DNA of 64,000 nucleotides from a virus: IMG/VR virus record IMGVR_UViG_3300020158_000335, positions 1 to 64,000 of that record; one strand, 5' to 3'. Shown piece by piece: positions 63,221 to 64,000 of this stretch (position 1 is its first letter; each line of letters starts with the position of its first letter). The notes under the pieces were generated by a model. It saw only the letters and a program-made list of their open reading frames with translations, ran no database searches and was not told where the DNA came from. The position numbers and the translations under genes were made by a program.

Positions 63221-64000
63221 TTATTTGTCTTCGTTGTCTGGCGCAAACGATTCTGCGCTCTTCAGCTCTTTTTTAAGTTCAATCACTTCATCCCTGCGCT
63301 TCGGCAGGAAACACTCATACTGCCACTGGACCTGCTTCAAGGCTTCGAGCGCCCGCTGATCCAGCTCGGCTAAATTGGTCATTTCAAAATTGTTGGCGAT
63401 CATGACAGGCGGTGTTTTTGACAACATAATTTTCAAAGCTTCGGGCAGGTTCGCTCCCATTTTTGAGATTTCAAGCGCTGCCTGGGTGACATCGTATTCT
63501 CTGCCCTGAAGACGCGAAATAATGTCCTCCAGCCCCGTTCTGTCCTTGAGTTCAAGGATGAACGGCATGATCTCCCGAAGGGCGCGAAGTAGTTCGTTGA
63601 CAGATTGATAGGCGTCTTTGACGTCTCGCATGGTCTCAGGCATGATATTTTTTTCACAACCCTGAATGATATCGAGTCGATCCATAGCAGCAACAAGGTT
63701 TGTAAGCACTTTCGCATGTACGGCAACCACACGGGCGGAGCAAACTTGCTGAACGATTTCACTGGTTTCTGTTGGAGAGACTTCTGCAAAAATATCTGTG
63801 GTTCCTTGCGTCGTACAAATTTTTGTACGAGAGGCATCTGTACGGAATGTACGAGATGCCCGTTTTTTTGCGATACGATGAAATGCAACCCTGCACGCCT
63901 CTGATGAAGGTAAACCGTTTTGACGCGCAAATTCGGAACTGGACGTACCTGGTTTTTCTTCGAGTAATTTTTGATATACGTCATACAAATAATCCCAGTT
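63221..64000 (-). CDS. pacA: Terminase small subunit, PacA-like (5' end outside the window)
   Basis: Frame is open to the window edge (NWDYLYDVY); N-terminal HTH-like EFARQNGL; C-terminal ..DVTQAALEI...G..LP resembling P1 PacA. Confidence 0.6.
   Translation of the reverse strand, partial: NWDYLYDVYQKLLEEKPGTSSSEFARQNGLPSSEACRVAFHRIAKKRASRTFRTDASRTKICTTQGTTDIFAEVSPTETSEIVQQVCSARVVAVHAKVLTNLVAAMDRLDIIQGCEKNIMPETMRDVKDAYQSVNELLRALREIMPFILELKDRTGLEDIISRLQGREYDVTQAALEISKMGANLPEALKIMLSKTPPVMIANNFEMTNLAELDQRALEALKQVQWQYECFLPKRRDEVIELKKELKSAESFAPDNEDK

Larger units (their letters stand above)
1..64000. mobile_element. P1-related temperate myophage or prophage; genome continues beyond the right edge
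   Basis: Complete head, tail, baseplate, packaging and dar-operon gene set in P1-like order, plus an integrase; no host housekeeping genes in the window. Confidence 0.93.

Noticed and set aside
1-64000. Genome-wide stop-codon reassignment
   Set aside because: Genes are intact under code 11 and many end in TGA; only one in-frame UGA was found.

Overview
The window is about 64 kb of a temperate, contractile-tailed phage related to coliphage P1. Almost all genes lie on the minus strand and follow P1 order: pacA, pacB (with an intein), pmgR, 26, 25, 7, 24, 6, 5, PAAR, 23, 22, 21, pmgG, two bplB copies, pmgC, tub, pmgB, sit, pmgA, bplA, 16, R, then hdf-darA-ddrA-ddrB-hxr, then prt, pro and a lysis region. 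P1 assignments come from recalled motifs and synteny, not from a database search. Three P1 modules appear swapped. A tyrosine integrase is present while par/rep genes are absent from their P1 slot. A complete Avd-less diversity-generating retroelement (VR, TR, RT, small gene) sits where P1 has the cin invertible fibre segment. A 1548-aa multi-effector protein sits in the darB slot. Signals missed by the ORF track are: (1) a 74-codon PLA2-like gene (9259-9483) with an in-frame UGA at a Cys-equivalent position, followed by a SECIS-like hairpin, i.e. a candidate phage selenoprotein; (2) recurring hydrophobic-X-E(S) motifs at domain boundaries of the head-cargo proteins, suggesting polyproteins cut by the prohead protease; (3) six copies of a 16-bp palindromic operator; (4) a TGTACG cluster in pacA (candidate pac site); (5) a probable +1 frameshift extension of pmgB. 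The host is probably an anaerobe, possibly Desulfobacterota, but that is inference only.
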